NCBI GenBank assembly: GCA_018903255.1
Contig: JAHIQT010000054.1
Location: 15,257 to 79,256, forward strand
DNA length: 64,000 bases
Direction: 5' to 3'
From: Bacillota bacterium
Lineage (GTDB): Bacteria; Bacillota; Clostridia; Eubacteriales; Eubacteriaceae
Position numbers and translations under genes: made by a program. How positions within the stretch are numbered: the first letter of the stretch is position 1; every line of letters begins with the position of its first letter. Below, piece by piece: positions 9,918 through 21,200 of the stretch. The notes beneath the pieces are model-generated. The model had not been told where the DNA came from. It worked only from the letters and a program-made list of their open reading frames with translations, and searched no databases.

Positions 9918-11121
9918 AATCATCATTCAAATAGCGATTATGCTTTTTGCTGGACTCCTGCTGGGACGGCTGGCTAAACAATTCAAAATGCCCAATGTCA
10001 CCGGCTACCTGATTGCTGGGCTCGTTTTGGGACCTTCATTTCTAAATATCATCTCCACCGATATGGTCAAGGGCTTTGTGGTGATCTCGGATGTCGCCCT
10101 GGGCTTTATCGCTTTCTCAATTGGCAGCCAGTTTGACCTTAACTATTTCCGCAAGGTTGGTATCGCTCCGATTGTGATTGCCACCGCGGAAGCCTTGCTA
10201 GCTGTAATTCTGGTCACCCTAGTGCTGATTTTTTTCGGTTTTGATCCCAAGCTTGCAATTATGCTAGGCGCCATTGCAGCCGCTACTGCTCCTGCCCAGA
10301 CCATTATGGTGATCAAGCAATATGATGCTAAAGGACCCCTGACCTCGATGTTGATGAGCGTCGTCGCAGTTGATGACGCGATTGCCCTGATCGCCTTTGG
10401 TTTTGCCGCAACCGTCGTCAATGTCATGAATTCAGCAGTCGAAACCAGTCTAATCCTCTCGATCCTGGCTCCCTTTTATGAGGTCATTATTTCATTTATT
10501 CTGGGCGCTGTGGCGGGGATTCTGATGAAACTGTTTTTTCGTTTTTTCAAGAAAGCGTCCAATCAGATCTGCATTGTGATTGCCTTTATTCTGATGACTT
10601 ACTGGGGCGCTGATTTACTTCATGGTTCACCCTTACTGGCCTGCATGGCGCTTGGTGGCATGCTGGTTAATATTTACCGGGATCATATCGATACCTTGAT
10701 GAAAATCACCGATTCTTTTACCCCGCCGATTTTCATGGTCTTTTTTGTCATCTCTGGAGCCGGCTTTCAAGTTTCTGCCCTGCCTGCGATTGGCCTGATC
10801 GGGATCATCTATGTGGTCGTGCGGGTGATCGGCAAAATGTCCGGCGCCTGGTTAGGTGGAAAAATCACCCATCAAAACAGTATTATCTGTAATTATCTGG
10901 GACCAACCCTGATGCCCCAGGCCGGGGTCGCTCTCGGGCTGGTAGTGGTTGCGGCTAAGCTGGTGCCCCTCTATGCCGAACAGATCCAGGTGGTTATTTT
11001 GTGTTCCACCTTTATTTATTCGGTGATCGGACCGATTGCGGCCAAGTATGCCTTGGTCAAAGCTGGAGAAATCACCCTTCCAGAGACCAAGCCTTTATCA
11101 GCACAAGAAATTCATTCTTAA
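9907..11121 (+). CDS. Cation:proton antiporter (CPA2/Kef-like, no TrkA domain)
   Basis: MPNVTGYLIAGLVLGP, ATAPA, VVAVDDA, PQAGVALGL; probable TTG start at 9907 after AAAGG. Confidence 0.85.
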   Translation: MEARIIIQIAIMLFAGLLLGRLAKQFKMPNVTGYLIAGLVLGPSFLNIISTDMVKGFVVISDVALGFIAFSIGSQFDLNYFRKVGIAPIVIATAEALLAVILVTLVLIFFGFDPKLAIMLGAIAAATAPAQTIMVIKQYDAKGPLTSMLMSVVAVDDAIALIAFGFAATVVNVMNSAVETSLILSILAPFYEVIISFILGAVAGILMKLFFRFFKKASNQICIVIAFILMTYWGADLLHGSPLLACMALGGMLVNIYRDHIDTLMKITDSFTPPIFMVFFVISGAGFQVSALPAIGLIGIIYVVVRVIGKMSGAWLGGKITHQNSIICNYLGPTLMPQAGVALGLVVVAAKLVPLYAEQIQVVILCSTFIYSVIGPIAAKYALVKAGEITLPETKPLSAQEIHS

Positions 11122-11125
11122 ACTA

Positions 11126-11174
11126 AAAATAGCGATGCCTCCCCGATAAAAACCGGAAGCATCGCCATTTTTTT
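11126..11174. terminator. Probable bidirectional terminator
   Basis: aaaaatagcgatgc...gcatcgccattttttt between convergent genes. Confidence 0.6.
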
Positions 11175-11214
11175 ATTTCTAGCACGATTGTATTTCTAAG
11201 CGCTGACGGTCTGA

Positions 11215-12168
11215 TCAAAACTTCAACCGCGACAAACAGCCCAGATCAAAGGCGCCAACGACTTGGCCGGCAGCGTTCCGAACGCCTATATGATTGACGC
11301 CGTTTTCCAGACACATCCGGATGCCGACAATCAGCGGGTCGGCCGTGGTTACCCAAAAAACCATATCTTTTTCGGAGACATTACCATTAATGCCATCAAA
11401 GGGACAAACAACTTGTTCGATTTTGACAATATTCAAATAGGATAAGAATCCCTTATTGCCGATAAAGTCATCAGCAAAATGACTCTTGCTATGAAAGACA
11501 ATGGCATCCCGGGAGCCCACTTCCACTATTTCGCCCTGATTCATCACCACAATTTTGGTTCCCAACTTAATCGCTTCCTCAATGTCGTGGGTGACAAAGA
11601 CGATGGTTTTATTGAGGGTTTGATAAATCCGGATAATTTCATCTTGAAGTACCGCCCGATTAATCTGATCGACTGCTCCCAACGGCTCATCCATTAATAT
11701 AATTTCGGGATCGGCCGCCAAAGCCCGGGCAATGCCGACCCGCTGCTTCTGGCCGCCGCTTAATTCGTTGGGATATTTAGCCAGATAATCTTCTGCCAGT
11801 CCAACCAGTTGGATCAGCTCTCGAGCCCGTTCTTTTTTCACGGTTTCGCTGACCTTCTGGATATCCAGGGCATAGACAATATTTTTTTCAATAGACAAAT
11901 GGGGAAACAACCCCACCTGCTGGATAACATAACCGATGTTGCGTTTCAAGGTAATCGGATCCCACTCTTTGAGCTCTTTGCCCTTGATTCGGATTTCCCC
12001 GCTGTCTGGCTTTATCAGGCCGTTCATCATTTTTAACAGGGTCGTTTTGCCGCAGCCGGAAGGGCCAATCAGGACCACAAACTCGCCTTTTTCAATGGTC
12101 AGGCTTAAATGCTTGATAATCGGTTTCTCGGCTTCATACTGCTGGTTGACGACATGAAACTCAATCAT
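11215..12168 (-). CDS. Osmoprotectant (Opu/OsmV-type) ABC transporter ATP-binding protein
   Basis: GPSGCGKTT, IGYVIQQVGLFPH, LSGGQKQRVG. Confidence 0.9.
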   Translation of the reverse strand: MIEFHVVNQQYEAEKPIIKHLSLTIEKGEFVVLIGPSGCGKTTLLKMMNGLIKPDSGEIRIKGKELKEWDPITLKRNIGYVIQQVGLFPHLSIEKNIVYALDIQKVSETVKKERARELIQLVGLAEDYLAKYPNELSGGQKQRVGIARALAADPEIILMDEPLGAVDQINRAVLQDEIIRIYQTLNKTIVFVTHDIEEAIKLGTKIVVMNQGEIVEVGSRDAIVFHSKSHFADDFIGNKGFLSYLNIVKIEQVVCPFDGINGNVSEKDMVFWVTTADPLIVGIRMCLENGVNHIGVRNAAGQVVGAFDLGCLSRLKF

Positions 12169-13057
12169 TGGATGCTAACAAGCCCTTGGCTTTCAGGAAT
12201 TCAGCGGCGACGTCACCGGCATCCCGATTTTCTTTTTCGACATAATAATTCATCTGTTGCATTTCTTCATCACTGATCAGCCCCGCCAGCTGGTTAAGAA
12301 TTGCTTCTAGTTCCGGGTACTTGTCGAGGGTTTCCTGACGGATGACGGTGGCGGCTTCATAGGCCGGGAAAAAGTTCTTATCATCTTTTAGCACCTTTAA
12401 ATCATATTCGGCCAGTAGGCCATCGGTGGAAAAGTTATTGATCACATCCACCTGACCCTCGCCGATGGCCTTATATTTCAGGCCGATGTCCAATTCTTTG
12501 GTCTCCTTGAAATTAAAACCATAAGCGGCTACTAAACCCGGAAAACCATCTTCCCGTTCGTAAAAATCATATTCCGAACCCAGCACCAGACTGCCACTCT
12601 GGGCGGCCAGATCCGAAAAGCTGTTAATGCCCATGCTGTCTGCCTTGCTTTTGTCAATAGCCAGGGCATAAGTGTTATTAAAACCATAACGATCCAGCCA
12701 GATAAAATTGAATTTTTCCTGATACTGGCTTTTAACCCCTTCATATAAGGTTTCCGGATCGGTCACCAAGTCATTTTTCAGGACAAACAGCCAGCCGGTG
12801 CCGGTATATTCGGGATACATGTCAATTTCTCCGGCTTCCATGGCCGGCTGAATATTGGAGGTTCCGCCACCAATGCCCATCTTATACTCAACCTTGATGT
12901 CAGAATTGGCTTCAATCAGCTGACCCATCATTTCGGCAACGATATAGCTTTCGGCCATCGGTTTTGAAGCGATGACCACCTTCTTTTCCTCACTTTGACA
13001 ACCGGCCGCTAAAATTACCATTACGGCGATTAATGCTAAACTGATCCACTTTTTCAT
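12161..13057 (-). CDS. Glycine betaine/choline ABC substrate-binding lipoprotein
   Basis: Lipobox AAGC, YPEYTGT, GFNNTYAL, DDKNFFPAY. Confidence 0.9.
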   Translation of the reverse strand: MKKWISLALIAVMVILAAGCQSEEKKVVIASKPMAESYIVAEMMGQLIEANSDIKVEYKMGIGGGTSNIQPAMEAGEIDMYPEYTGTGWLFVLKNDLVTDPETLYEGVKSQYQEKFNFIWLDRYGFNNTYALAIDKSKADSMGINSFSDLAAQSGSLVLGSEYDFYEREDGFPGLVAAYGFNFKETKELDIGLKYKAIGEGQVDVINNFSTDGLLAEYDLKVLKDDKNFFPAYEAATVIRQETLDKYPELEAILNQLAGLISDEEMQQMNYYVEKENRDAGDVAAEFLKAKGLLASND

Positions 13058-13716
13058 TTTGTTCTCCTTAATAATCTTTTTTCAATTATTCCTAATAATC
13101 CATCGGCCACAAAGGCCAACAAGGCCACCAGCAAGCTGCCGGCCACCGTCATTTCATCAAAATTGGTGGTGATCCCCCGCCAGATCGCCACGCCCAGTCC
13201 GCCGGCACCAATAAAGGAAGCAATCCCGGCCAGCGCAATGGTCATCACCACCATGTTGCGGATCCCGGCGATGATCACCGGCAGCGCCAGCGGAAACTGG
13301 ATCTTTGACAACAACTGCCAGGGAGTGCTGCCCATCCCCACCGCGGCTTCGAGAATCTGGTCATCGACTTCCGTGAGGCCGACATAGGTGTTACGGATCA
13401 CCGGCAGGAGTCCATAAATTACCAAGGCGATAATCGCCGTGGTATTACCAATGCCAGTGATCGATACAAAAAAACCGAACATTGCAATCGAGGGAATGGT
13501 ATAGAGCACGTTAGTGAGGCCAATCACCACACTGGCGGCTTTTTGTGATTTGGAAATCAGAATCCCGGTGGTAACTCCCACCACCGTAATGATCACAATC
13601 GCGATCAGACTGAGTACGATATGCTGGAGCAGCAGTTCAATAAAAAAGTCACTGCGGCTTTGCAGTAATTCGCCTAAATTTTTGATGAATTCCATCGGCA
13701 TTCCCGTCTCTTTCAT
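13054..13716 (-). CDS. Osmoprotectant ABC transporter permease
   Basis: YTIPSIAMF, ILEAAVGMG, IGAGGLG; start may be a downstream ATG. Confidence 0.9.
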   Translation of the reverse strand: MKETGMPMEFIKNLGELLQSRSDFFIELLLQHIVLSLIAIVIITVVGVTTGILISKSQKAASVVIGLTNVLYTIPSIAMFGFFVSITGIGNTTAIIALVIYGLLPVIRNTYVGLTEVDDQILEAAVGMGSTPWQLLSKIQFPLALPVIIAGIRNMVVMTIALAGIASFIGAGGLGVAIWRGITTNFDEMTVAGSLLVALLAFVADGLLGIIEKRLLRRTK

Positions 13717-13774
13717 AATCTTTGAAATTGTTTACTCCCTCGTCAGCGACCGCACGGAACTCAGTTATCCTTTT

Positions 13775-14683
13775 CTAGACATGCTCAACGTCGGTGTAGA
13801 GAGCGACCTCATGACTAATGGTCATTAAATCGCTGACTGCCAGCTGGTGAATATCATCCCTGCCGTTGGTCCGGGCAAAAACCTCCAGCTCATTGGCGGT
13901 GGCGGTATAAAAGTTCGTAAATTGGCGCAAGGCTTTTTCTTCATTAAAGAGGCTCCGCAATACTTCATCCTGGGTGGCAATCCCGGCCGGACATTTTCCG
14001 GTATGACAGATCCGCGACTGCAGACAGCCAATAGCAATCAGCGAGGCTGTCGCCAGGGCAATGGCGTCAGCCCCCAGCGCTAAACCCTTGGCAATATCCG
14101 CACTGTCACGAAAGCCACCGGTGACACAAAGGGTTACTTCACTGTTTAACTTATCTAAAAAACGCCGAGCCCGACGAATCGCAAAAACAGCTGGAATCCC
14201 GACATTATCTTTGAGAAACTTAGGAGATGAACCAGTGGCGCCACCCCGGCAGTCAATGGTGATAAAATCTGGTTCGGCCATCAGGGCCATCGCCAGATCT
14301 GCTTCCAGATGACTGGTGGCAATTTTAATGCCAATCGGAACACCGCCGGTTATCTCGCGGATCCGGGCGACTCGATCGACCAGATCTCGAATTTGATCGA
14401 CACCGGCTAACCGACCGGGCGCTACCGAGGCTTGGCCTGCTTTGAGTTTTCTGATTTTGGCAATTTCAGCAGTGATCTTTTCCTGGCTTTTTTCGCTAGA
14501 AAAATTAATTTTTCCATGGCTGCCATCGCAAAAAGGTTTTGTTTTTGATGCCCCGCAGCGACACAAGGCCACCGCCGACTCGGCCACCGTCACATTTCTA
14601 GTGGTGGATTCCTGAATCTCCGGCAAACCGGTCACCACATAGGGGCCATCTCTCGATACCCGAATCAGCGTTTTTTTTGCCAT
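13775..14683 (-). pseudogene. CDGSH Fe-S domain fused to only the C-terminal half of an FMN glutamate-synthase domain (probable in-frame internal deletion)
   Basis: LCRCGASKTKPFCDGSH (CDGSH) runs directly into EKITAEIAKIR...DFITIDCRGGATG...CLQSRICHTGKCPAGIATQD; N-terminal barrel motifs absent; only 302 aa. Confidence 0.6.
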
Positions 14684-14722
14684 CTGCGTAATCCCCTCTC
14701 ATTTTTCCTTATGGTTTGATTT

Positions 14723-14747
14723 ATACCCTAAAATTCCAGCTTCACAC
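14723..14747 (-). promoter_or_regulatory. SigB-like promoter upstream of the CDGSH/opu cluster
   Basis: GTGTGA-N13-GGGTAT. Confidence 0.45.
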
Positions 14748-14788
14748 AAGCCGGTTCGAGATTCTTGTTCCCATCGATTGCTCCCCAT

Positions 14789-14823
14789 AAAAAAAGACCT
14801 CTCCATCGAAAAGGTCTTTTTTT
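14789..14823. terminator. Intrinsic terminator-like hairpin
   Basis: aaaaaaagacct...aggtctttttt. Confidence 0.6.
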
Positions 14824-14840
14824 ACTACGATTTGATCTTG

Positions 14841-14987
14841 CTATTTTCTGACGGCTTTCATAATTCTGTCGGCCATGATATCTTCTAGCAAGTTTTGATC
14901 ACCCAACCAGGTCAGATAAGCCCCGACGATAATATTGACATGACCAATATGTACTCCTCCATCTGTAGCAATTTCTAAACGAAACAC
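14841..14987 (-). pseudogene. Short ORF or gene remnant (48 aa)
   Basis: GTG-FRLEIATDGGVHIGHVNIIVGAYLTWLGDQNLLEDIMADRIMKAVRK*; no good RBS; followed by a terminator. Confidence 0.25.
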
Positions 14988-15075
14988 CTAGCCATAAGGT
15001 GCCAATCACGATTGGACCAAACAGGGCAAGGCTCATGGATTACGGAAGAAAGATTTAAAACTTGCACCCTAAGAC

Positions 15076-15105
15076 AAAAAGCCTCCACGGACGTGGAGGC
15101 TTTTT
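15076..15105 (-). terminator. Intrinsic terminator of the tandem GGDEF-EAL genes
   Basis: aaaaagcctccacg-ga-cgtggaggcttttt immediately after the stop at 15108. Confidence 0.85.
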
Positions 15106-15107
15106 AA

Positions 15108-18100
15108 CTACATAGTAAGATCACATTTATTAATCTGTCCGTACTGCTGTGCATGCCGGAGTTTCTTCTCAAAGACTTCTGCTGCCATCGGCCAGCCGAA
15201 ATAATAGCCCTGTACCGCATCACAACCCTTTTCTCTGAGAAAATCAAGCTGCTCTTCTGTTTCTACCCCTTCCGCCACTACCCGCAGCCCCAACTGATTA
15301 GCTAGATAGATCATCACTGAGATAATTGATTCATCCTTCTGGTTCACGCCAATTCCCCGGATAAAGGGCTGGTCGATTTTAATACTGTCAACCGGCAAAT
15401 CTTTTAAGCGACTCAATGAAGAAAACTCAGTGCCGAAATCATCCAGACTGATAGTCACACCCAGTGCTTTTAGCTGATGAAGGGTCTCTATCACATTATG
15501 AGACTCCTCCATGGCAATCGTTTCAGTAATCTCCAGCTCCAAATATCGCGGATCTAAGCCGGTTTGATCTAAACAATTCGCAACAATGGTCACTAAATTA
15601 CCGCTGTGAAACTGCTCTAGGGATAGATTCACAGCTACCGGCAGCGGCTTAAGCCCATCATCCTGCCATGACTTGTTTTTTGCACAGGCCGTCATCAAAA
15701 CCCATTCGCCGATGCTGTTAACCAGACCATTCTGTTCGGCAAAGGGGATAAATAGCCCTGGTAATACCACGCCCAAATCTTTATGCTGCCACCTGAGCAA
15801 CGCTTCAAAGCGGAGGATTTCTAATCCCTGACTATCCACAATCGGCTGGTAACAAAGAAAAAGTTCCTGTTTTTCAAGAACGCGATAGAGGCTGTTGGTC
15901 AGGATCATCTTCTCCCGGACAGCGGTTTTCATTGATTCTGAGCAAAAGAATACCTGTCCCTTGCCATTTTTCTTTGCCTCATACATGGCCAGATCGGCAT
16001 GTTTGATTAGTTCCTGAACAGTTTTTCCATCTTCTGGAAAAACTGCTATCCCTGCGCTTCCGGAAATATAAAACTCCTGCTCACCAAGACTCACGGGCTG
16101 ATCAAAAACCGACATCAATTGATTTGCTACCTTGATTAACGCATTGTTATCGGTCAACTGCGATACCATAATAAGAAACTCATCCCCGCCAAACCGTGCC
16201 AGCGCGTCACATTTCCTGAGACTGTCGGTTAAACGTCGGCCGATGCGGTTTAGTAGATGATCGCCCCAGTCATGTCCCATGGTATCATTGATTTCTTTAA
16301 AACCATCAATGTCGACAAAGATCACCCCGAAACCTTCTCCACCCGTCTGGGTTTTTTTTATCGCCTGCTCCAGACCTTCACAAAAGGCGACCCGGTTGGG
16401 TAAGCCAGTAAGTCCATCATAGTAAGCCCGACGATACATTTCTTTCTCATTTTCTACCTTAACGATGGCGTCAGCCAAAATATTGGCCAACACCCGCAAT
16501 AGTTCCTGATCATCGATGCGTTCTGGTTTTTTTTCCCCGATCTTATCAAATCCTAAATAACCGATGATTTTTTCGCGGCTTTGAATCGGAATAAGCAGCA
16601 GCGATTCGATTCCCTCTGCGGCCATTCTTGCTTGTTCCGCTTGTGCCTCGCAAGGTAACTCATCGCGAGACGCCGCGTAAACTAGCTCGTTATTTAAAAG
16701 TTGTTTGGAAAACCATCGGTAATCTGATACTTGTGTTTTTCCAAACTTTTGCACGCTCGGGAATTGATCCTCAGCCCGCCATTCATCAATACAGCAAAAT
16801 TCTCCCGTTTCTTCATGATACAGTCCCGCGTAAACCCGATCTGACTTCATGATTTCGCCACTGGTTTTTAATAATTCCCCCACCTTTTCCTTAAAATTGC
16901 TGGCTGATACCGAAACAAAGTGGGTGGTCACCTGGGAGATCATCTTCTGAAAGCCAACCTGTCGGTCATTTTCTTTGAGCCTGGCAATATACATGCGATT
17001 GGTATAACCTGCCAGCAAAATGGCAACTAGACAGATAAAAAATCTGGCCAGGTAATCTAACCTGCCGATATGGATCCACTGATCGGACTTCTCTAACCAG
17101 ATTATCATTCCCGAAACTAGCGTGATGGTTGTTAAAACAAAGAACATTTTCTGACTCTTCAAAATGATGGTGGTCATGATAAAGATCAGCGGTACTGCCC
17201 ATACTGTATTCGCCAGATTATCAACCGGTTTAAAGAGAACCAGGGGAATAGCCACTGCCATTATTACCATCAAAATATGATCCTGTTTGGTGATCGACAA
17301 ACCGGAAAAAGGCAGACTATAGATGCCAAGACCAAGAGCCAGATTAACGGTGCTGATCAACATCACTTGCCATAATACGGTTGGCTGCAAGAAGAAGTAA
17401 CCGAGGTTTAAAAGGCTAATCACTACAAAAATAATCGCAATACTACGAAACAGGGCTAAGTGGGCATCATTACTGAGAATTTCACTAAGCTTGACTTTTT
17501 TTGTTACCGTCACTGGAACCATCAGTTGGTACTTTTTGATATCATAAGCAAAGACAGACACCGGGATGAGAATAATAATCGGTGCAATGGAGGGAATTTT
17601 ATAGGCTAGCAAATTATTTGCCAACATTTCGGTTACTGTACCCAAGGCAATCGATACTGAAAATGCCAGCATCAGCCAGAAGCCCTGCTGCTGCTTTTGT
17701 CTATCCGGAGTGGTGTGATACCATTTATATAAAACAACTAGGGTGATCACCGCAAAGCTCAGATAATACAGGTTATAAAAGATGTCCCATAAATTGTTGG
17801 CCGGGATGTTTCCCCAACCGGCCGGAGTCTGAACCAGATTATATTGAGCATTGACCAAATTAGGAATAAGTGAGAAAACAACAACCGTAATGGCCGCCGG
17901 TAAATAGATGGCTACTCGTATTTTCAGGGAATTCAGCAGTTGCTGCTTTTCAGTTAATACAAGCACAAAATGTAGCATCAAACTGAAGGCCATTCCCCAA
18001 CCCAGAGCAGCCATCCGGCGCCAGATCAGCACATCCTGGATATCACTCAGCGAGTTGGAAAAAGCAAAAGCAAAGCTCCAGATGGCATAACTCATGCATA

Positions 18101-18218
18101 ACCAGAAAAAAACCTGATTGAGTTGTTCCCTTTTGTTGAGAAACAGACTAAAGAATCCCATTCCGATATATAGGATAAAAATTAGGTAGAAGATTATCGA
18201 TACTTGATTTTGCAGCAT
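15108..18218 (-). CDS. Multi-TM (HisKA_7TM-like) GAF-GGDEF-EAL protein
   Basis: Many TM helices, GAF-like segment, YDGLTGLPNR, RFGGDEF, EALLRW, DDFGT. Confidence 0.9.
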   Translation of the reverse strand: MLQNQVSIIFYLIFILYIGMGFFSLFLNKREQLNQVFFWLCMSYAIWSFAFAFSNSLSDIQDVLIWRRMAALGWGMAFSLMLHFVLVLTEKQQLLNSLKIRVAIYLPAAITVVVFSLIPNLVNAQYNLVQTPAGWGNIPANNLWDIFYNLYYLSFAVITLVVLYKWYHTTPDRQKQQQGFWLMLAFSVSIALGTVTEMLANNLLAYKIPSIAPIIILIPVSVFAYDIKKYQLMVPVTVTKKVKLSEILSNDAHLALFRSIAIIFVVISLLNLGYFFLQPTVLWQVMLISTVNLALGLGIYSLPFSGLSITKQDHILMVIMAVAIPLVLFKPVDNLANTVWAVPLIFIMTTIILKSQKMFFVLTTITLVSGMIIWLEKSDQWIHIGRLDYLARFFICLVAILLAGYTNRMYIARLKENDRQVGFQKMISQVTTHFVSVSASNFKEKVGELLKTSGEIMKSDRVYAGLYHEETGEFCCIDEWRAEDQFPSVQKFGKTQVSDYRWFSKQLLNNELVYAASRDELPCEAQAEQARMAAEGIESLLLIPIQSREKIIGYLGFDKIGEKKPERIDDQELLRVLANILADAIVKVENEKEMYRRAYYDGLTGLPNRVAFCEGLEQAIKKTQTGGEGFGVIFVDIDGFKEINDTMGHDWGDHLLNRIGRRLTDSLRKCDALARFGGDEFLIMVSQLTDNNALIKVANQLMSVFDQPVSLGEQEFYISGSAGIAVFPEDGKTVQELIKHADLAMYEAKKNGKGQVFFCSESMKTAVREKMILTNSLYRVLEKQELFLCYQPIVDSQGLEILRFEALLRWQHKDLGVVLPGLFIPFAEQNGLVNSIGEWVLMTACAKNKSWQDDGLKPLPVAVNLSLEQFHSGNLVTIVANCLDQTGLDPRYLELEITETIAMEESHNVIETLHQLKALGVTISLDDFGTEFSSLSRLKDLPVDSIKIDQPFIRGIGVNQKDESIISVMIYLANQLGLRVVAEGVETEEQLDFLREKGCDAVQGYYFGWPMAAEVFEKKLRHAQQYGQINKCDLTM

Positions 18219-18257
18219 TTTTATCCCCTCATTAGTCGTGATTATGACTTTTCATTG

Positions 18258-21200
18258 CTATTTATAAAGACTTATCAGGTCTTTACACCTGGGCTTAATC
18301 GTGGTGTTGCCCAATTGTTGGGCGTAGATATCTTTCTCGATGACACTGGCACTAACTGGTCTGGAGAAATAAAATCCCTGAATTTCATCGCAGCTCTGTT
18401 GCTTAAGAAAGGCCAACTGGGCGGCCGTTTCTACCCCTTCTGCGGTAACCTCCATGCCCAGTTCCCGGGCCAAATGGATCATGACTGTGATCACTGCTTC
18501 ATCGCGGGGGTTCGCCCCGATTCCCCAGATAAATTGGCGGTCAATCTTAATCCGATCGACTGGCAACTCTTTTAGCCGGTTCATCGAAGAAAAGGCGGTG
18601 CCGAAATCATCAATGCTGATGACCACACCTAGTTTTTTTAGTGCATTGATCTGCCGGATTACGTATTGTGAGGTCTTCATCGCAATCCCCTCCGTAATTT
18701 CGAGCTCCAGATAGTGGGGTTCCAGTCCAGTTGCTTCCAGACAGTTCCTAATTATCCGCTCCAAATTGGAACTGCGAAACTGCTCAACCGATAGGTTGAC
18801 ACCCATCCGTACCGGTAGGTAGCCCAGATCCTGCCAGGCCTTGTTCTGAGCGCAGGCAGTCATCAGCACCCATTCACCAATACTACTAATCAATCCACTT
18901 TGTTCAGCAAGCGGAATAAATACCTCAGGCGAAATAAGCCCCCGTTCCGGATGGTTCCACCGCAGCAACGCTTCAAACCCGGTAATCTCATAGCTAAGAG
19001 ATGACACTTGGGGCTGATAATGGAGAAACAATTCCTGATTTTCCAGCGCCCGGTGGAGACTGGTAGTCAGCGTCATCTTCTCCTGGATGGCTTCTTTCAT
19101 GTTGCCTGAACAGTAGTAAATTTGGCCTTTGCCGGTTTTTTTAGCGGCATACATGGCCGTATCGGCATTTTTAATCAGGGTCGTGAGATTTTCTCCATCA
19201 GTCGGATAGACGGCAATTCCGCCGCTGGCTGACACATACAATTCTTGTTCAGCAACCAGCAGCGGACGATTAAAAATCGACATCACCTGCTCGGAAATTG
19301 GTTCAAGCTCCTGATTATCAGAAATCTGAGGAACCATAATTAGAAATTCATCGCCGCCGAAGCGGCCAACCAGATCGGTTTCGCCAAGACAGTCGGTCAG
19401 CCGCTGGCCAATTAGCTTTAGCAACTGATCGCCCCAGTCATGGCCAAGGGTATCATTAACTTCCTTAAAACCGTCCAGATCGATAAAGATCACGCCCAGC
19501 TTTTTCCCGGTTTTGCCAGCCAGTTCAATGGCTTGCTCTAAACGTCGGTAAAACAAGGTTCGGTTGGGTATTCCCGTTAAGGAATCATAATAGGCCAAAT
19601 AATTCAGATCGTCCTCCGCTTCTACCTTGGCAATGGCATCGGCCAGAAGATTAGCCAACACTCTTAGCCAATCCAGATCAAGACCCTGTAAAGCCTTTCT
19701 ACCCTGGCGTTGATCAAATCCGATCAGGCCAATAATGGCTTGATTACTGTAAATCGGAATCAGTATCTGAGCTTGGATTTTTTGCTTTTTAAGCCACAGC
19801 CGGTCTTGCTCAGCTTCAGCGGGTAGCTGATCGGTGCTCCGGATATGGACAACCTCATTTCGTAAAATATGTCCGATACTCCAGGGCTGCCTTGTGATTT
19901 CATCAGTCATTCTTTCATCAAATAAGGCACTCGCTCCCTCTCGTAGCCATTCATGGGAACTAACCAGCTGCTTTTTATCCTGCGAAAAGCGGCTGATATA
20001 GACCCGGTCAGCGCTGGAAAAAAGGCCACTTCTTTCAAGCAAATAATTGATCTTTTGATCAAAATTGGTGCGGTTCATCGTGACAAAATCAGACGATAAT
20101 TGTGAAATCATTTGTTGAAAGGCATCCTGCCTGCTGTTTTCCTGTAGTCGCAAAAGATAAATCTGTGTGATCATGGCAGTCAGACCAATCCCAACGATGT
20201 AAAATAGCAACCGGTAAAAATAGATCCGTGTGTTGACCATCAGCGATAAATCTGGCAGTATAAACCAGAAAGCTATTTCTAAAAATAGACTTAAAACTCC
20301 CAGCCCAATAAAGATCTTCCGATTGTTAAAAATGACGGTCAGCATCATAAAAAATATCGGTACCGGCCAGATAATGTTACTAAAACTCGCATTAAAATGA
20401 CCCAGCATCACCACCGGCAGCAGAACCATCAGAAAAAGACCCAGTGTGTTTTCCTGGGTCTTGATGGATTTTAACAGATAAGGAATGCTAGTAATATAGG
20501 CACCAAACAGCACCAGCATGAAACTTAAAAACAAACCCGTAATTCGGGCATCGCCAACGCTGATCCGGCTGTAAAAATTGAGAATGCTGCCAATAATCAT
20601 CACAATGCCGATATACTTGTAAAGCCGTGTACGACTGACGGTATTGAGAATAATCCCTTCTGCTTGTAATTTTTGACTATTTCGAGGTGGCAACATCAGA
20701 CCATATTTATGGATAACCGCATAAATTGTCGCCACTGGTATCAAGATAATCACTGGTGCCATCGATGGCAACTGAACGTTTGAGAATGAGACAGTCACAA
20801 GGTCAGTCAAGGTGCCCAAGCATAAGGCTGCGGTAAATGAAATTAGTATTATGACAGCTTTTTTTTTGTTGACCACACTGTTGGTTTTTCGGTACCACTG
20901 AATTAGCAGCACCATTGATGTCAACGAAAAAGACAAATAATAACAAATAAACAACAGATCGTACCATATTACATCGGATCTTGTTATCCAACCAGCTGGT
21001 GAATAACTCATCTGAACGTGGCCATATTGAGGGATGCTAAAAACAAAAAAGACGATCACATTAATTAACGCTGGTAGATATAATATGGTCAGCATTAGCG
21101 GCTTATTCTTTTGCTGGCTCCAACTCACATCAGTCAGGACAATTACAAAATGCAGCATCAAGCTGTAGGCTACGCCCCAGCCGACCACGGAGAATCGTCG

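Noticed and set aside
13705-13775. Hammerhead-like CTGACGA...GAAA and a GGGAGTA motif upstream of the opu permease (minus strand)
   Set aside because: No proper stem II flanking the core and no other yybP-ykoY elements; likely RBS-like sequence
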